From Polyangiales bacterium (GTDB lineage Bacteria > Myxococcota_A > Polyangia > Polyangiales > Polyangiaceae), in the NCBI GenBank assembly GCA_038230375.1, contig JBBRNJ010000019.1, forward strand, positions 32,001 to 96,000: a stretch of 64,000 nt of DNA. Direction: 5' to 3'. Both the position numbers and the translations under genes were made by a program. The notes beneath the pieces are model-generated. The model was not told the origin of the DNA, made no database searches, and saw nothing but the letters and a program-made list of their open reading frames with translations. Shown in pieces: positions 20,410 to 29,441 of this stretch; within the stretch, counting starts at the first letter, position 1, and each line of letters begins with the position of its first letter.

Positions 20410-22455
20410 TCAGAACGGGCGCTCGTGAAGAGGCATGTCCTCGTCGGGGCGACGACGCAGCCGATCCAGCGCGCGGATGACGAGGCCCTTCAGCGCGACG
20501 CGGTGCAGGAGCACGAGCCACCCGCACAGACCGAGCCACGCGAGCTGGATGATGGAGAGCGTCGCCGTGGTGACGTAGACGAGGCGCGGGCGGAACGGGC
20601 GCTCCGCGCTCACGAGCTGACGGGACGTGCCCACGAAGGTCTCGCTCGCAGGCATGGAGAGCTGGACGGGCACGATGACCGGCTTGCCGTCCGGACCCTC
20701 TTGAGGAGCGGCGTACGAGGGCTCCTGCGTGGGCGTGTTTCCAGCCACGAAGATCTCGCGCGCGTACTCCGCCGTCGCGGTGCCGATCGCCACCTTGCCC
20801 CCGATGAGCGCCACCACCACGCAAGTGCCGGCTGCGATCCACAGCCGCGTGCCGCGCAGGAAGCGTGATGCCACGAACACTCCGCCGATGCAGAAGAGCG
20901 TCGCCGCTGCGACCACGAAGAGCGAATGCGACATGAGCCAGAGGCCCGAGAGCACCGCCGCGCCCAGGATGCGCGTGCGCCGCGTGCGGAAGCCCAGTCC
21001 GGCGGCCGCGCCGCCAAGCAGCATCGCGACCAGATCCGCCAACGAGAACGCCGTGAGCACGCGGTCGCCGCCGAAGAGCGCGAGCGGCAGCACGTTGTCC
21101 GGTAGGCCCATCGTGATGCTGGCGCGCGATGTGGCGAGCGCGTGCGACGGAAGCGCGGGCGACAGCATGCCGCCGAAGGTCCGGATCTTGTCGGAGCCAA
21201 GCGTCTGCACGCGGAAGCGGTGCGCGCCGGTGGGGAGCTGCACCAGGAAGTCCTGCCCGTGTCCGGATGCACGCAACACGCGGGACGGCATTCCATCCAC
21301 GGAGACGAACATCGGCCGACCGGCCGGCGTGACGAAGAGCCGCTCGAGGCCGTTGTTGTCGTACGTGTACGTGCCGTCGTGGATCACCTCGCCCAGCGGC
21401 GTGAACGCGAAGTAGTGCCGTTCCTCACGCACCACGGCAGACAGCTGCTCGCCCTGCACGAGTGACTGGATGTCCACGTCCAGGTGCTGCCCGCGCTGGA
21501 GCAGGAAGAGGCGCGCGGAGGGCAGCGTCGCCGGGATGGGCGACTGCTCCACGCCGACCTGCTTGATGTCACCGTCGAAGGACAAAAGCGTGTCGGGCTC
21601 GGCCTCCACGAGCCACCATTCGTACGCGGAGCGCTCGTCGGTTCGGAGCTGACCGAACTTGTTGATGACGCCCGTGATCGTCACGTCGGCGTCGTGTCCG
21701 GCCAGCGGCAGACGAAGCTCGGTTGCATCCTGTGTCCACCCTTCGGAGCCGGACACCTCGCGCACGTGCTCGCCGTAGCGGAGCGGGATGGTGACGGTGC
21801 CGAGCTCCTCGCCGCCAGAGAGCGTGAGGCGGTAGTTGAACGTCTTTTCCTTGCCGATGCGCAGCCCGCGCGAGAGGCGGAAGGAGCTCTTCGTCTTGGT
21901 CTTTGCGAGGGACTCGGGCGTCATCGGATCGAAGTGGAGCATCACGTTCTCCACGCCGGACATGCTCGAGCCCTCGGTCACGCGACCGCGCGTGAGCTTC
22001 ACGTCGAGGGAGTTGATCGGTCCCACGACCTTGAGCCCTTCGTCCTCCTGGACGGTCAGGGTCCCGCGCAGCACGAACGAGCGCGCACGCGTGCGAATGA
22101 AGAAGCTCTCGCCCTCGAAGCCCATCGTCGTGGCGCCGCCGTTCAATGTCACGTCATCCAGGCGGACCTGCTGCGGCATGCCGAACAGCGGGATCTGCAC
22201 CTCCTCGTCGACCAGCACGCCGCCGTGCATCTCGAAATGCAGTGGCTCGCCCACAGCGCCGGTCAGCGTGAGGGACGAAATGAGGAAGCAGTGGATGGAA
22301 CACGGCTCGGGCTTCGTTATTTGCTGGCGCGCCGTCAGATACTCGCGGAGCAGTACATCGAGGTCCGCATTCTGCGCTTGCGCGGGCCGCGCAGAGGAGA
22401 ACGTGCACATGAGCGCGCACACGAGGAGCGCGCAGAAGGTGGCGAAGCGTCGCAT
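20410..22455 (-). CDS. Hypothetical large membrane protein (signal peptide, beta-rich ectodomain, several C-terminal TM helices)
   Basis: MRRFATF...AQA signal with GGAG RBS, EPCSIHC, about five hydrophobic helices near the C-terminus. Confidence 0.75.
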   Translation of the reverse strand: MRRFATFCALLVCALMCTFSSARPAQAQNADLDVLLREYLTARQQITKPEPCSIHCFLISSLTLTGAVGEPLHFEMHGGVLVDEEVQIPLFGMPQQVRLDDVTLNGGATTMGFEGESFFIRTRARSFVLRGTLTVQEDEGLKVVGPINSLDVKLTRGRVTEGSSMSGVENVMLHFDPMTPESLAKTKTKSSFRLSRGLRIGKEKTFNYRLTLSGGEELGTVTIPLRYGEHVREVSGSEGWTQDATELRLPLAGHDADVTITGVINKFGQLRTDERSAYEWWLVEAEPDTLLSFDGDIKQVGVEQSPIPATLPSARLFLLQRGQHLDVDIQSLVQGEQLSAVVREERHYFAFTPLGEVIHDGTYTYDNNGLERLFVTPAGRPMFVSVDGMPSRVLRASGHGQDFLVQLPTGAHRFRVQTLGSDKIRTFGGMLSPALPSHALATSRASITMGLPDNVLPLALFGGDRVLTAFSLADLVAMLLGGAAAGLGFRTRRTRILGAAVLSGLWLMSHSLFVVAAATLFCIGGVFVASRFLRGTRLWIAAGTCVVVALIGGKVAIGTATAEYAREIFVAGNTPTQEPSYAAPQEGPDGKPVIVPVQLSMPASETFVGTSRQLVSAERPFRPRLVYVTTATLSIIQLAWLGLCGWLVLLHRVALKGLVIRALDRLRRRPDEDMPLHERPF

Positions 22456-22612
22456 GGAGCTCTCCCTTTTCAAGTTCACGCGCACCGGAATTGTTCACGG
22501 CGACACGATCACCCGACCGTCGAGGCAAGACGCCTCTCTGCAGCGAAAGCTACGCGCCGCAAATGTTCCGAAAAACCTTCGGGTGGGCGGCTCCGCAGCG
22601 GCCCCGTTTGGT

Positions 22613-23719
22613 TCAACGAGGGCCGCGGAAGAGCGGACGCGTCGTGCCATTTGGCAGGATGGCTTCTGCCACTTCGTCCGTGCCGTCGTGCCTCACGCGG
22701 AGGAGCTCGCCCTTGCTGTCGCCAGAGCCCAGACCTGCGTCGACCCTGAAGAGCTTTCCGTAGAACGCGGGCGGCGCGTAGGCCATGCCCTTCACGCCGA
22801 AGGCATTCGGATCGTGCCCGAACACGATGTGCGTTGCGCCGAGGGCCTTCAGGTTCTGATCGACCACGCTCAGCGACGTGTACCAGTCGCGTGCCTCGAG
22901 AACGGAGTCGGCGCCGATGAACGCGTTCGAGGTGTAGCCAGAGCTGGAGGCGAGCGCTCCGGTCACGTCCGCATCGACCTGCGCAAGCGTCTTCCCGGCG
23001 CTATCGCCCGCGTGCGAGAAGAACCAGCCGTCGACCTTGGCCGCGACCGGCAACGTGCGCAGCCATGCACCGCGCGGGTCCGCGCCGCTCGCGAAGAGGA
23101 TCGGTGAGATGGCGGGCTTCAGCCTGGCGAGCTCTTGGTCGATCGTGTCCTGGCCGGTGAACTTCGAGCTCATCGGTGTGCCAAGGAACTCCGCCTCGTG
23201 GTTGCCCAGGAGCACGACCACATGACCGCCGGCGTTCTTCGCCGCGGCCTCCAGCGCCATCGCAAAAGCCAGCACCTCGAGGCTCGCGGGGCCCTTGTCG
23301 ATCATGTCGCCCGCGATGACGAGCGTGGCGTTGCCGCCGGTCCACACCACATTCGACGGCGGTGTGGCTGTGGCGATGAGGCTGCCTTTCTGGAGCAGCG
23401 TCGTGAGCTCGGCCAGATGACCGTGCACGTCACTCAGCGCGTAGAGCGTGGTGTACGTCGATGCGGTGTACACGTGCGCGAATGACTGCGCTCCGGAACC
23501 CCCGGAACCAGCTCCGTCGCCGCTGACGCCAATGCCATCACCCGGCGCTTGCACACCCGCTGCACCGCGCGCTCGGCCGTTTCCAGCTTCATCGGCGGCG
23601 GCAGGGGAGGGGGGAGGGGAGGTGTCAGGCGAGGGGCCGTCACTGTTCGCCGCGCCAGCACAGGCCGCGAGCGCGCATAGCGCACCGACCGAGACCAGGC
23701 GGAGGACGGGCAAGGACAT
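22613..23719 (-). CDS. Calcineurin-like metallophosphoesterase lipoprotein (Shewanella-like phosphatase type)
   Basis: Lipobox LAAC; SDVHG, GDMIDKG, GNHE, SHAG, FGHD, VDAG. Confidence 0.9.
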   Translation of the reverse strand: MSLPVLRLVSVGALCALAACAGAANSDGPSPDTSPPPSPAAADEAGNGRARGAAGVQAPGDGIGVSGDGAGSGGSGAQSFAHVYTASTYTTLYALSDVHGHLAELTTLLQKGSLIATATPPSNVVWTGGNATLVIAGDMIDKGPASLEVLAFAMALEAAAKNAGGHVVVLLGNHEAEFLGTPMSSKFTGQDTIDQELARLKPAISPILFASGADPRGAWLRTLPVAAKVDGWFFSHAGDSAGKTLAQVDADVTGALASSSGYTSNAFIGADSVLEARDWYTSLSVVDQNLKALGATHIVFGHDPNAFGVKGMAYAPPAFYGKLFRVDAGLGSGDSKGELLRVRHDGTDEVAEAILPNGTTRPLFRGPR

Positions 23720-23777
23720 GAACCGCCGACTGTGGCGGGTGCATGCCGGCCGCGCAACGACGCCCGTTCCTTGAGAC

Positions 23778-24239
23778 TCAACGGTAAGGCGTGAGCGTGG
23801 AAGATTCCACGAGCTTCCGGAAGGCCTCGACACTCCTCTGGTAGATCGCCTGGGCCGGAGGCGGTCGATTGTCGGAGCCGAGGAGCCCGACCGGCTGTGC
23901 GAAGAGGCTCGCGAGCATTCCCTCGTGCGCGATCTCCGTCAGGATGCGCAGCTCGGTGCCACCGGAGCTCTCCTCCAGCACGGCGCGATCCAGGATCAGC
24001 ATCCCCGGGAGACGGGTCTCGATAGCGAGCAGCTTCGGTGCGCGGAACGCCGTGATCTCGATCGTCGCGTCGGTGCGTTTTCCTTTCACGCGCCGCGCCA
24101 CGTCGATGCAGGTGCCCACGCCCAGCTCCTCCTTGCCGATGATCTCCGCGTCGAACACGTCCTCCGCCCAGCTGGGGACCTTGGACACGTCCGTGAGGTA
24201 ACCCCAGACGATCTCCGGCTTGCGCGGGATCGTGACCAT
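23778..24239 (-). CDS. SRPBCC/START-like family protein
   Basis: TIPRKPEIVWGYLTD...PSW signature; GGAGG RBS before ATG 24239. Confidence 0.75.
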   Translation of the reverse strand: MVTIPRKPEIVWGYLTDVSKVPSWAEDVFDAEIIGKEELGVGTCIDVARRVKGKRTDATIEITAFRAPKLLAIETRLPGMLILDRAVLEESSGGTELRILTEIAHEGMLASLFAQPVGLLGSDNRPPPAQAIYQRSVEAFRKLVESSTLTPYR

Positions 24240-24263
24240 GGCCTCCATGTACAGCACGCGCGC

Positions 24264-25760
24264 CTACTTCGCGTGTGCGCGCGATGCGCCCTTCGTCTTC
24301 TTCCGGCTGCTCGCGCTGTTCTCGCCCTTGTGCGCGTTCCCGCGCGAGGCCTTCTGGGCCTTCAACGCGAGCCCTGCATGCACGGGCTCCGGCTTGCGCT
24401 TCGCAAGGTAGTCGATGAGATCGATCTTGGTGACGATGCCCACGACGCGCGTGCCGTCGAGGGCGATGGCGGCCTTCGCGTCGGCGAGCACGCCTTGCAG
24501 GAGCTCGATCTTCGTGTCCGGCGTGACGGTCGCGTAGTCACCCTCGATGAGCTCCGCGATGCGTGAGTCCAGCGTCTTGCTGCCAGAGACCAGGTGGCGA
24601 AGCAGGTCGATCTCGCCCACGATGCCGACGAGCTTGCCCTTCTCCACGACCGGGAGCTGGCTGATGCCGAGCGACTTCAGCGTGGCGATCACGTCGCGCA
24701 CCTTCGAGCTCGGCTGCGCCGTGACGATCTTCGCGCGCTTGTGCGAGACGAGGAGGTCATGCACGGTGCCCAGGCCCGGCTGGTCGTCCATGAAGCCGTT
24801 CTCGCGCATCCAGTCGTCGTTGAAGATCTTCGACACGTACTTCTGGCCGGAGTCGCACAGGAAGACCAGGATCTTCTCCGGCTTCTTCAGCTTCGCGGCG
24901 TACTTGATCGCGCCCGCAACCGCCGCGCCGCCGGAGCCACCCACGAAGATGCCTTCCTGGTGCGTGAGCGCACGCGTCATCAGGAAGCACTCCTTGTCGT
25001 CCACGCGGATGATGTCGTCCATGATCTTGAGGTTCATGGTGGTGGGGAAGAAGTCCTCGCCGATGCCCTCTACCTTGTACGAGAACGGCTTGGTGATGCG
25101 GCCGGTCTTCACGAAGTCGTAGTAGAGCGAGCCGACGGGATCGACACCGACGAGCTTCACGTTCGGCATCTTCTCGCGCAGGTACTTGCCGGTGCCGCTG
25201 ATGGTGCCGCCGGTGCCCATGCCCGCGACGAAGGTGTCGAAGTCGCCCTTGGTCTGCTTCCAGATCTCCGGGCCGGTCCAGAGGTAGTGAGCCTCGGGGT
25301 TCGCGGGGTTGTGGTACTGGTTCGCGTAGAACGAGTTGGGTGTCTCGTCTGCGATGCGTCGCGACACCTTGTAGTAGCTGCGCGGATCCTCGGCGTCGAC
25401 GGCCGTGGGGCACACGACGACCTTGGCGCCGAACGCGCGCAGTCCGGAGATCTTCTCCTGGCTCATCTTGTCCGGCATGATGAAGATGCACTTGTAGCCG
25501 CGCACGGCAGCGAGCAGCGCGAGCGATGCGCCCGTGTTGCCGGACGTCGCCTCGACGATGGTGCCGCCGGGACGCAGGCCTGCTTCTTCCGCGCGCCGCA
25601 GCAGGTTCCAGGCGAGGCGATCCTTGTGACTGCCACCTGGATTCAGGTACTCGCACTTCACGTAGATCTCGCTCGCCACGCTCGCAGCTACGCGGTTCAA
25701 GCGAATGATAGGCGTGTTGCCGACTGCCTTGGTGATGTCCTCGAGAGCGCCGTGCATCAT
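24264..25760 (-). CDS. Cystathionine beta-synthase (PLP cysteine-synthase domain plus CBS pair)
   Basis: VGNTP, KCEYLNPGGSHKDR, EATSGNTG, GMGTGGT, VEGIGED; C-terminal ISQLPVV and GIVTKIDLI. Confidence 0.93.
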   Translation of the reverse strand: MMHGALEDITKAVGNTPIIRLNRVAASVASEIYVKCEYLNPGGSHKDRLAWNLLRRAEEAGLRPGGTIVEATSGNTGASLALLAAVRGYKCIFIMPDKMSQEKISGLRAFGAKVVVCPTAVDAEDPRSYYKVSRRIADETPNSFYANQYHNPANPEAHYLWTGPEIWKQTKGDFDTFVAGMGTGGTISGTGKYLREKMPNVKLVGVDPVGSLYYDFVKTGRITKPFSYKVEGIGEDFFPTTMNLKIMDDIIRVDDKECFLMTRALTHQEGIFVGGSGGAAVAGAIKYAAKLKKPEKILVFLCDSGQKYVSKIFNDDWMRENGFMDDQPGLGTVHDLLVSHKRAKIVTAQPSSKVRDVIATLKSLGISQLPVVEKGKLVGIVGEIDLLRHLVSGSKTLDSRIAELIEGDYATVTPDTKIELLQGVLADAKAAIALDGTRVVGIVTKIDLIDYLAKRKPEPVHAGLALKAQKASRGNAHKGENSASSRKKTKGASRAHAK

Positions 25761-25866
25761 GGTGGGCGCAACATGCCGGGGTTGCGCGCGCGGCGCAAGA
25801 CGCTTCGAGCCGGACGTGCGCGTTCCCACGCGCGCTGTCGCCGTGTCGCGTTATAGGATGGGAAGA

Positions 25867-26538
25867 ATGCCGCTCCGCGTTGACCCGCCAGCGACGGAGG
25901 AGGAGCTCATGGAACGGGCGCGCGCGCTCACCGGGCGGACGCTCGGCGCGATCGCGGAGGAGCTGCGAATGGCGCTCCCGGACGACCCCGTGCACGGGAA
26001 GGGCAAGCCCGGCGAGCTGCTGGAGCGCGCGCTGGGCGCAACGGGCGGCTCGCGCGCGGAGCACGATTTTCCGGAGCTCGCGATCGAGCTGAAGTCGATC
26101 CCCACGGATGAGAAGGGGGCGCCGCGCGAGTCGACATATGTGTGCAAGATACAACTAGAGGACGCGGACTCCGTGGAGTGGGAGGACAGCTGGACGCGGA
26201 AGAAGCTGTCGCGCGTGCTCTTCCTGCCGGTCGTGACGCCGGATGACTCTGCGATGCTCGAGCGCGTCGTGGGGACGCCCGTGCTCTTCGTCCCCACTGC
26301 CGAAGAGGAGCGGGTGCTGCGAGCGGACTACGAGGACGCGATGGGGCTCATCGCCACGGGTCGCGTGGAGGAGCTCACCGCGCACACGGGAACGTGGCTC
26401 CAGGTCCGACCAAAAGCCAGAGACGGCTCCGCACGCACGCTGACCTTCGGTCCCGAGCGAGAAAGAATTCTCGCCATGCCACGAGGCTTCTACCTCCGCC
26501 CATCGTTCACCGCAAAGGTCCTCCGCAAGCCGCGCTAG
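25867..26538 (+). CDS. mutH: MutH/Sau3AI-family endonuclease (MutH-like)
   Basis: HDFPELAIELKSIP (PD-(D/E)xK), PRESTYVC, LQVRPKA and PRGFYL match MutH signature blocks. Confidence 0.88.
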   Translation: MPLRVDPPATEEELMERARALTGRTLGAIAEELRMALPDDPVHGKGKPGELLERALGATGGSRAEHDFPELAIELKSIPTDEKGAPRESTYVCKIQLEDADSVEWEDSWTRKKLSRVLFLPVVTPDDSAMLERVVGTPVLFVPTAEEERVLRADYEDAMGLIATGRVEELTAHTGTWLQVRPKARDGSARTLTFGPERERILAMPRGFYLRPSFTAKVLRKPR

Positions 26539-27206
26539 ACGCCCGGAAGGGTCGCAGCCTCCTTCACGATCCACCACGTGAATGCGCGCGGGCCGTAGGA
26601 GTGCCTGGTGATGCGATAGCCATGTGCAAGCTCCCCGGTGATGTCGCACGAGTGCGCCGACCCCATCGACGTGGTGTCCCCGAATCGCAGATCGAATCGC
26701 TCGAGCACACCGTTCCCATCCAGCGCGATCTCGGCGCGGAACCGGCCCTCGCATGGCTCTTCGAAGAACCAGCAAATGCCCTCGAAGCTCACGCCGCGCT
26801 CGATAGGGGTGATCGTGTTGGGTGTGAAGCCGTCGGAGATGTCGCCGACCGGCAACAGTCGAGGCACCACGCAGTGCTCGAGTTCCTCGCAGAGGCGAAA
26901 GAGAGGCGTCTTGAGCTTGTAGCTCCCTGGCTCGAACGAACCGGTCGCCAGCATCTCGCCAATGAAGCCGGTGATCTTCTCCTCCATCCTCGCCACGGTG
27001 AATCGCGCTGGAAGGCAGGTCGTGACGAGCGACTCGATCACGTCCGCATAGGCAGCCGCGTCGTCCTCATCCGCCAGGATCTCGTGGCTCCGCGGCCCCA
27101 CACCACCGCGCGAGATCAGCAGGATGGCGGGATGGCGCCGCCGAGCGTGAGCGATGAACGCCCACGCTTCCTCCTCGGAGAGGTTCGACAGGATGGCCAC
27201 CGTCAT
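26535..27206 (-). CDS. Hypothetical protein
   Basis: 223-aa globular-looking ORF filling the gap between mutH and pgeF; no recognisable motif. Confidence 0.6.
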   Translation of the reverse strand: MTVAILSNLSEEEAWAFIAHARRRHPAILLISRGGVGPRSHEILADEDDAAAYADVIESLVTTCLPARFTVARMEEKITGFIGEMLATGSFEPGSYKLKTPLFRLCEELEHCVVPRLLPVGDISDGFTPNTITPIERGVSFEGICWFFEEPCEGRFRAEIALDGNGVLERFDLRFGDTTSMGSAHSCDITGELAHGYRITRHSYGPRAFTWWIVKEAATLPGV

Positions 27207-27222
27207 CGCCCCCCATCACAGC

Positions 27223-27320
27223 CGAGGTCGAGGTCGAAGTCGAGGTTGAGGTTGAGGTCGAAGTCGAGGTTGTGGTCGAAGGTCGAGGTCGAGGTCGAGG
27301 TCGGGGTCGAGGTCGAGGTC
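27223..27320. repeat. Intergenic hexamer tandem repeat (GTCGAG)n with variants (GTCGAA, GTTGAG, GTTGTG)
   Basis: About 16 degenerate hexamer units directly visible. Confidence 0.95.
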
Positions 27321-28083
27321 ACTTCGCCGTGATCACTCCCAGGAGGCGCCCCGCGTGGTCCCCGTCTCTTCGGTACGAGTAGTACGTCTTCTCGTCGCAC
27401 CTCGTGCACCCGCCGACCTGATCGATTCGCGCTGCTTCCACTCCCAGCCGCGCGAGCTGCGCCGCCACCGCGACTCGTAGGTCCACCATCGCCTTCGCGG
27501 GCTCGTGCGTGGACGCGATGCACGTGGGTGCCGAGGCCGCTGCGATCTTCTCCGCGACCTCGCGCGACACCTCGAAGCAGCACGCGCCGATGCACGGACC
27601 TATCGCCGCGACCAGATCGCTCCCGTCGCGCGCGTGCAAGACGTCCAGTGCGCGCGCCACCACCTCCGCCACCACGCCCTTCCAGCCCGCATGGATCGCA
27701 GCGACCTGCCCCGTGCGTGTGTCGCCCACCAGCACAGGCACGCAGTCCGCAACACGCACGCCGACGGTGTCGCCCGCGTCGCTCGCGACCAACGCATCCG
27801 CCTCCGGGTAGCGCGCGTCCACCGTGCTGAACTTTCCGAGCGCAAGATCCTCGCGCGCGGGTACGAAGACCGTCGCGCCGTGGACCTGTTGCGCCTGGTA
27901 CAACCTGCGCGCCTCGAAGCCGAGCGCCTTCGCGAGCCGCGCCTGGTTCTCCTCCAGCGCTCCCGCGTCGCGCAGCAGGGCGAAGTCCGCCGAATCGAAC
28001 GGGGCCGCGCTCACGCCGCCGACCCGTGTCGTGAATCCATGAACGAAACCCGAACGCACGAGCAGGTCGCTGCGCTGCAGCAT
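27319..28083 (-). CDS. pgeF: PgeF/YfiH family protein (peptidoglycan editing factor / purine nucleoside phosphorylase-like)
   Basis: HGFTTRVGGVS, QVHG, EADAL, VADCVPVL, HAGWKG, IGPCI..CCFEV, CT, YSYRRDG. Confidence 0.93.
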   Translation of the reverse strand: MLQRSDLLVRSGFVHGFTTRVGGVSAAPFDSADFALLRDAGALEENQARLAKALGFEARRLYQAQQVHGATVFVPAREDLALGKFSTVDARYPEADALVASDAGDTVGVRVADCVPVLVGDTRTGQVAAIHAGWKGVVAEVVARALDVLHARDGSDLVAAIGPCIGACCFEVSREVAEKIAAASAPTCIASTHEPAKAMVDLRVAVAAQLARLGVEAARIDQVGGCTRCDEKTYYSYRRDGDHAGRLLGVITAK

Positions 28084-28154
28084 CAAGACTGGCTCATCTC
28101 CAAACTCCGGCGTGAGCGAATCGTGTTATCACGGAACGTGGAATTTCACCCTGG

Positions 28155-29312
28155 ATGACCAACCCCGCGCAACCGAAGGATCCGTTCATCGGCCGTGACA
28201 TCCTGAGCGGCCAGTTCCAGATCCTCCAAAAAATTGGATCGGGCGGAATGGGGTCCGTCTACAAGGCGCTGCAGCCCGCCATGAACCGCATGGTGGCGGT
28301 GAAGATCCTCCACCCCAAGCTCACGAGCCGCAAGGACCTCGCGTCGCGCTTCCGTCGCGAGGCGCGCGCGATGAGCCACCTCACGCACCCGAACACCGTG
28401 AAGGTGTTCCTCTACGGCGAGCTCGAGGACGGCTCGCTCTACATCGTGATGGAGTTCCTCGAGGGGAAGAATCTCAACCAGGCCGTTCGCTCCGAGGGGC
28501 CCATGCCCGTCGAGCGCGCTATCCCGATCCTCGTGCAGGTGTGCAACGCGCTCGAAGAAGCGCACCGCGCGGGCATCATCCATCGCGACCTCAAGCCAGA
28601 GAACATCTTCCTGTGTCAGCAGGGCGGCATCAAGGACTTCGCCAAGGTGCTCGACTTCGGGCTCGCGAAGGTCACCGAGCGCGAGATGCGCCCCGGCTCC
28701 GTCATCCTCACGCAAGAGGGCATGGTCTTCGGAACGCCGGAGTTCATGAGCCCGGAGCAGGCGCAGGGAAAGACGCTCACGCCCGCAAGCGATCTCTACT
28801 CGCTCGCCGTCATCCTCTACGAGGCCCTCACCGGCAAGCTCCCGTTCATCGCGAAGAACGCGATGGAGTACATCCAGCTGCACGTCACTGCGAAGCCCAC
28901 GCCCATCCAGGACAACGCGCCGCCGGGGCGAACGTTCCCGCCGCTCCTCTGGACAGTGTTGAAGCAGGCGCTCGCGAAGGAGCCCCAGGAGCGCTTCATG
29001 ACCGGGACCGAGCTCGCGGCCGCGCTATCTGCCGTGCTGGCGGGCGCCACGGAGCTTCCAAAGATCGCGATGGTGCCGCAGGCCATGCCCTCGTCACCTG
29101 CGTCCGTGCCAGGTTCTGCGATGACGCAGGGCGGGCAGGCGGGGCAGATGATGCAGCCGCAGGGAGGACCACAAGGGCCCACCGGGATGGTCTCCGTGCG
29201 GCCGCAGAAGGCAAAGGGCATGTCCGTGGGCATGTTGGTCGGCGTTGCAGCCGTCTTCATGATCGTGGGCATCGTCGCCACATTGCTCGTCCTCAAGGCG
29301 ACGGGCCGGTAG
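28155..29312 (+). CDS. Ser/Thr protein kinase with C-terminal TM anchor
   Basis: GSGGMG, VAVK, HRDLKPEN, DFG, GTPEFMSPE. Confidence 0.95.
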   Translation: MTNPAQPKDPFIGRDILSGQFQILQKIGSGGMGSVYKALQPAMNRMVAVKILHPKLTSRKDLASRFRREARAMSHLTHPNTVKVFLYGELEDGSLYIVMEFLEGKNLNQAVRSEGPMPVERAIPILVQVCNALEEAHRAGIIHRDLKPENIFLCQQGGIKDFAKVLDFGLAKVTEREMRPGSVILTQEGMVFGTPEFMSPEQAQGKTLTPASDLYSLAVILYEALTGKLPFIAKNAMEYIQLHVTAKPTPIQDNAPPGRTFPPLLWTVLKQALAKEPQERFMTGTELAAALSAVLAGATELPKIAMVPQAMPSSPASVPGSAMTQGGQAGQMMQPQGGPQGPTGMVSVRPQKAKGMSVGMLVGVAAVFMIVGIVATLLVLKATGR

Positions 29313-29441
29313 AGAAAGTTGCCAGCTCCACGGTGTGCGCGCACGCACATCGTGAGGTGATGGACGGTCCGCGCGCACGGAACCGCATCGATTCACGCTG
29401 GAAAGATGCGGTGTGGCTGTCTCTATCGTAGCCTTTGTCCC

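Noticed and set aside
27223..27320. Possible CRISPR array
   Set aside because: Hexamer tandem repeat with no unique spacers, and no cas genes in the window.
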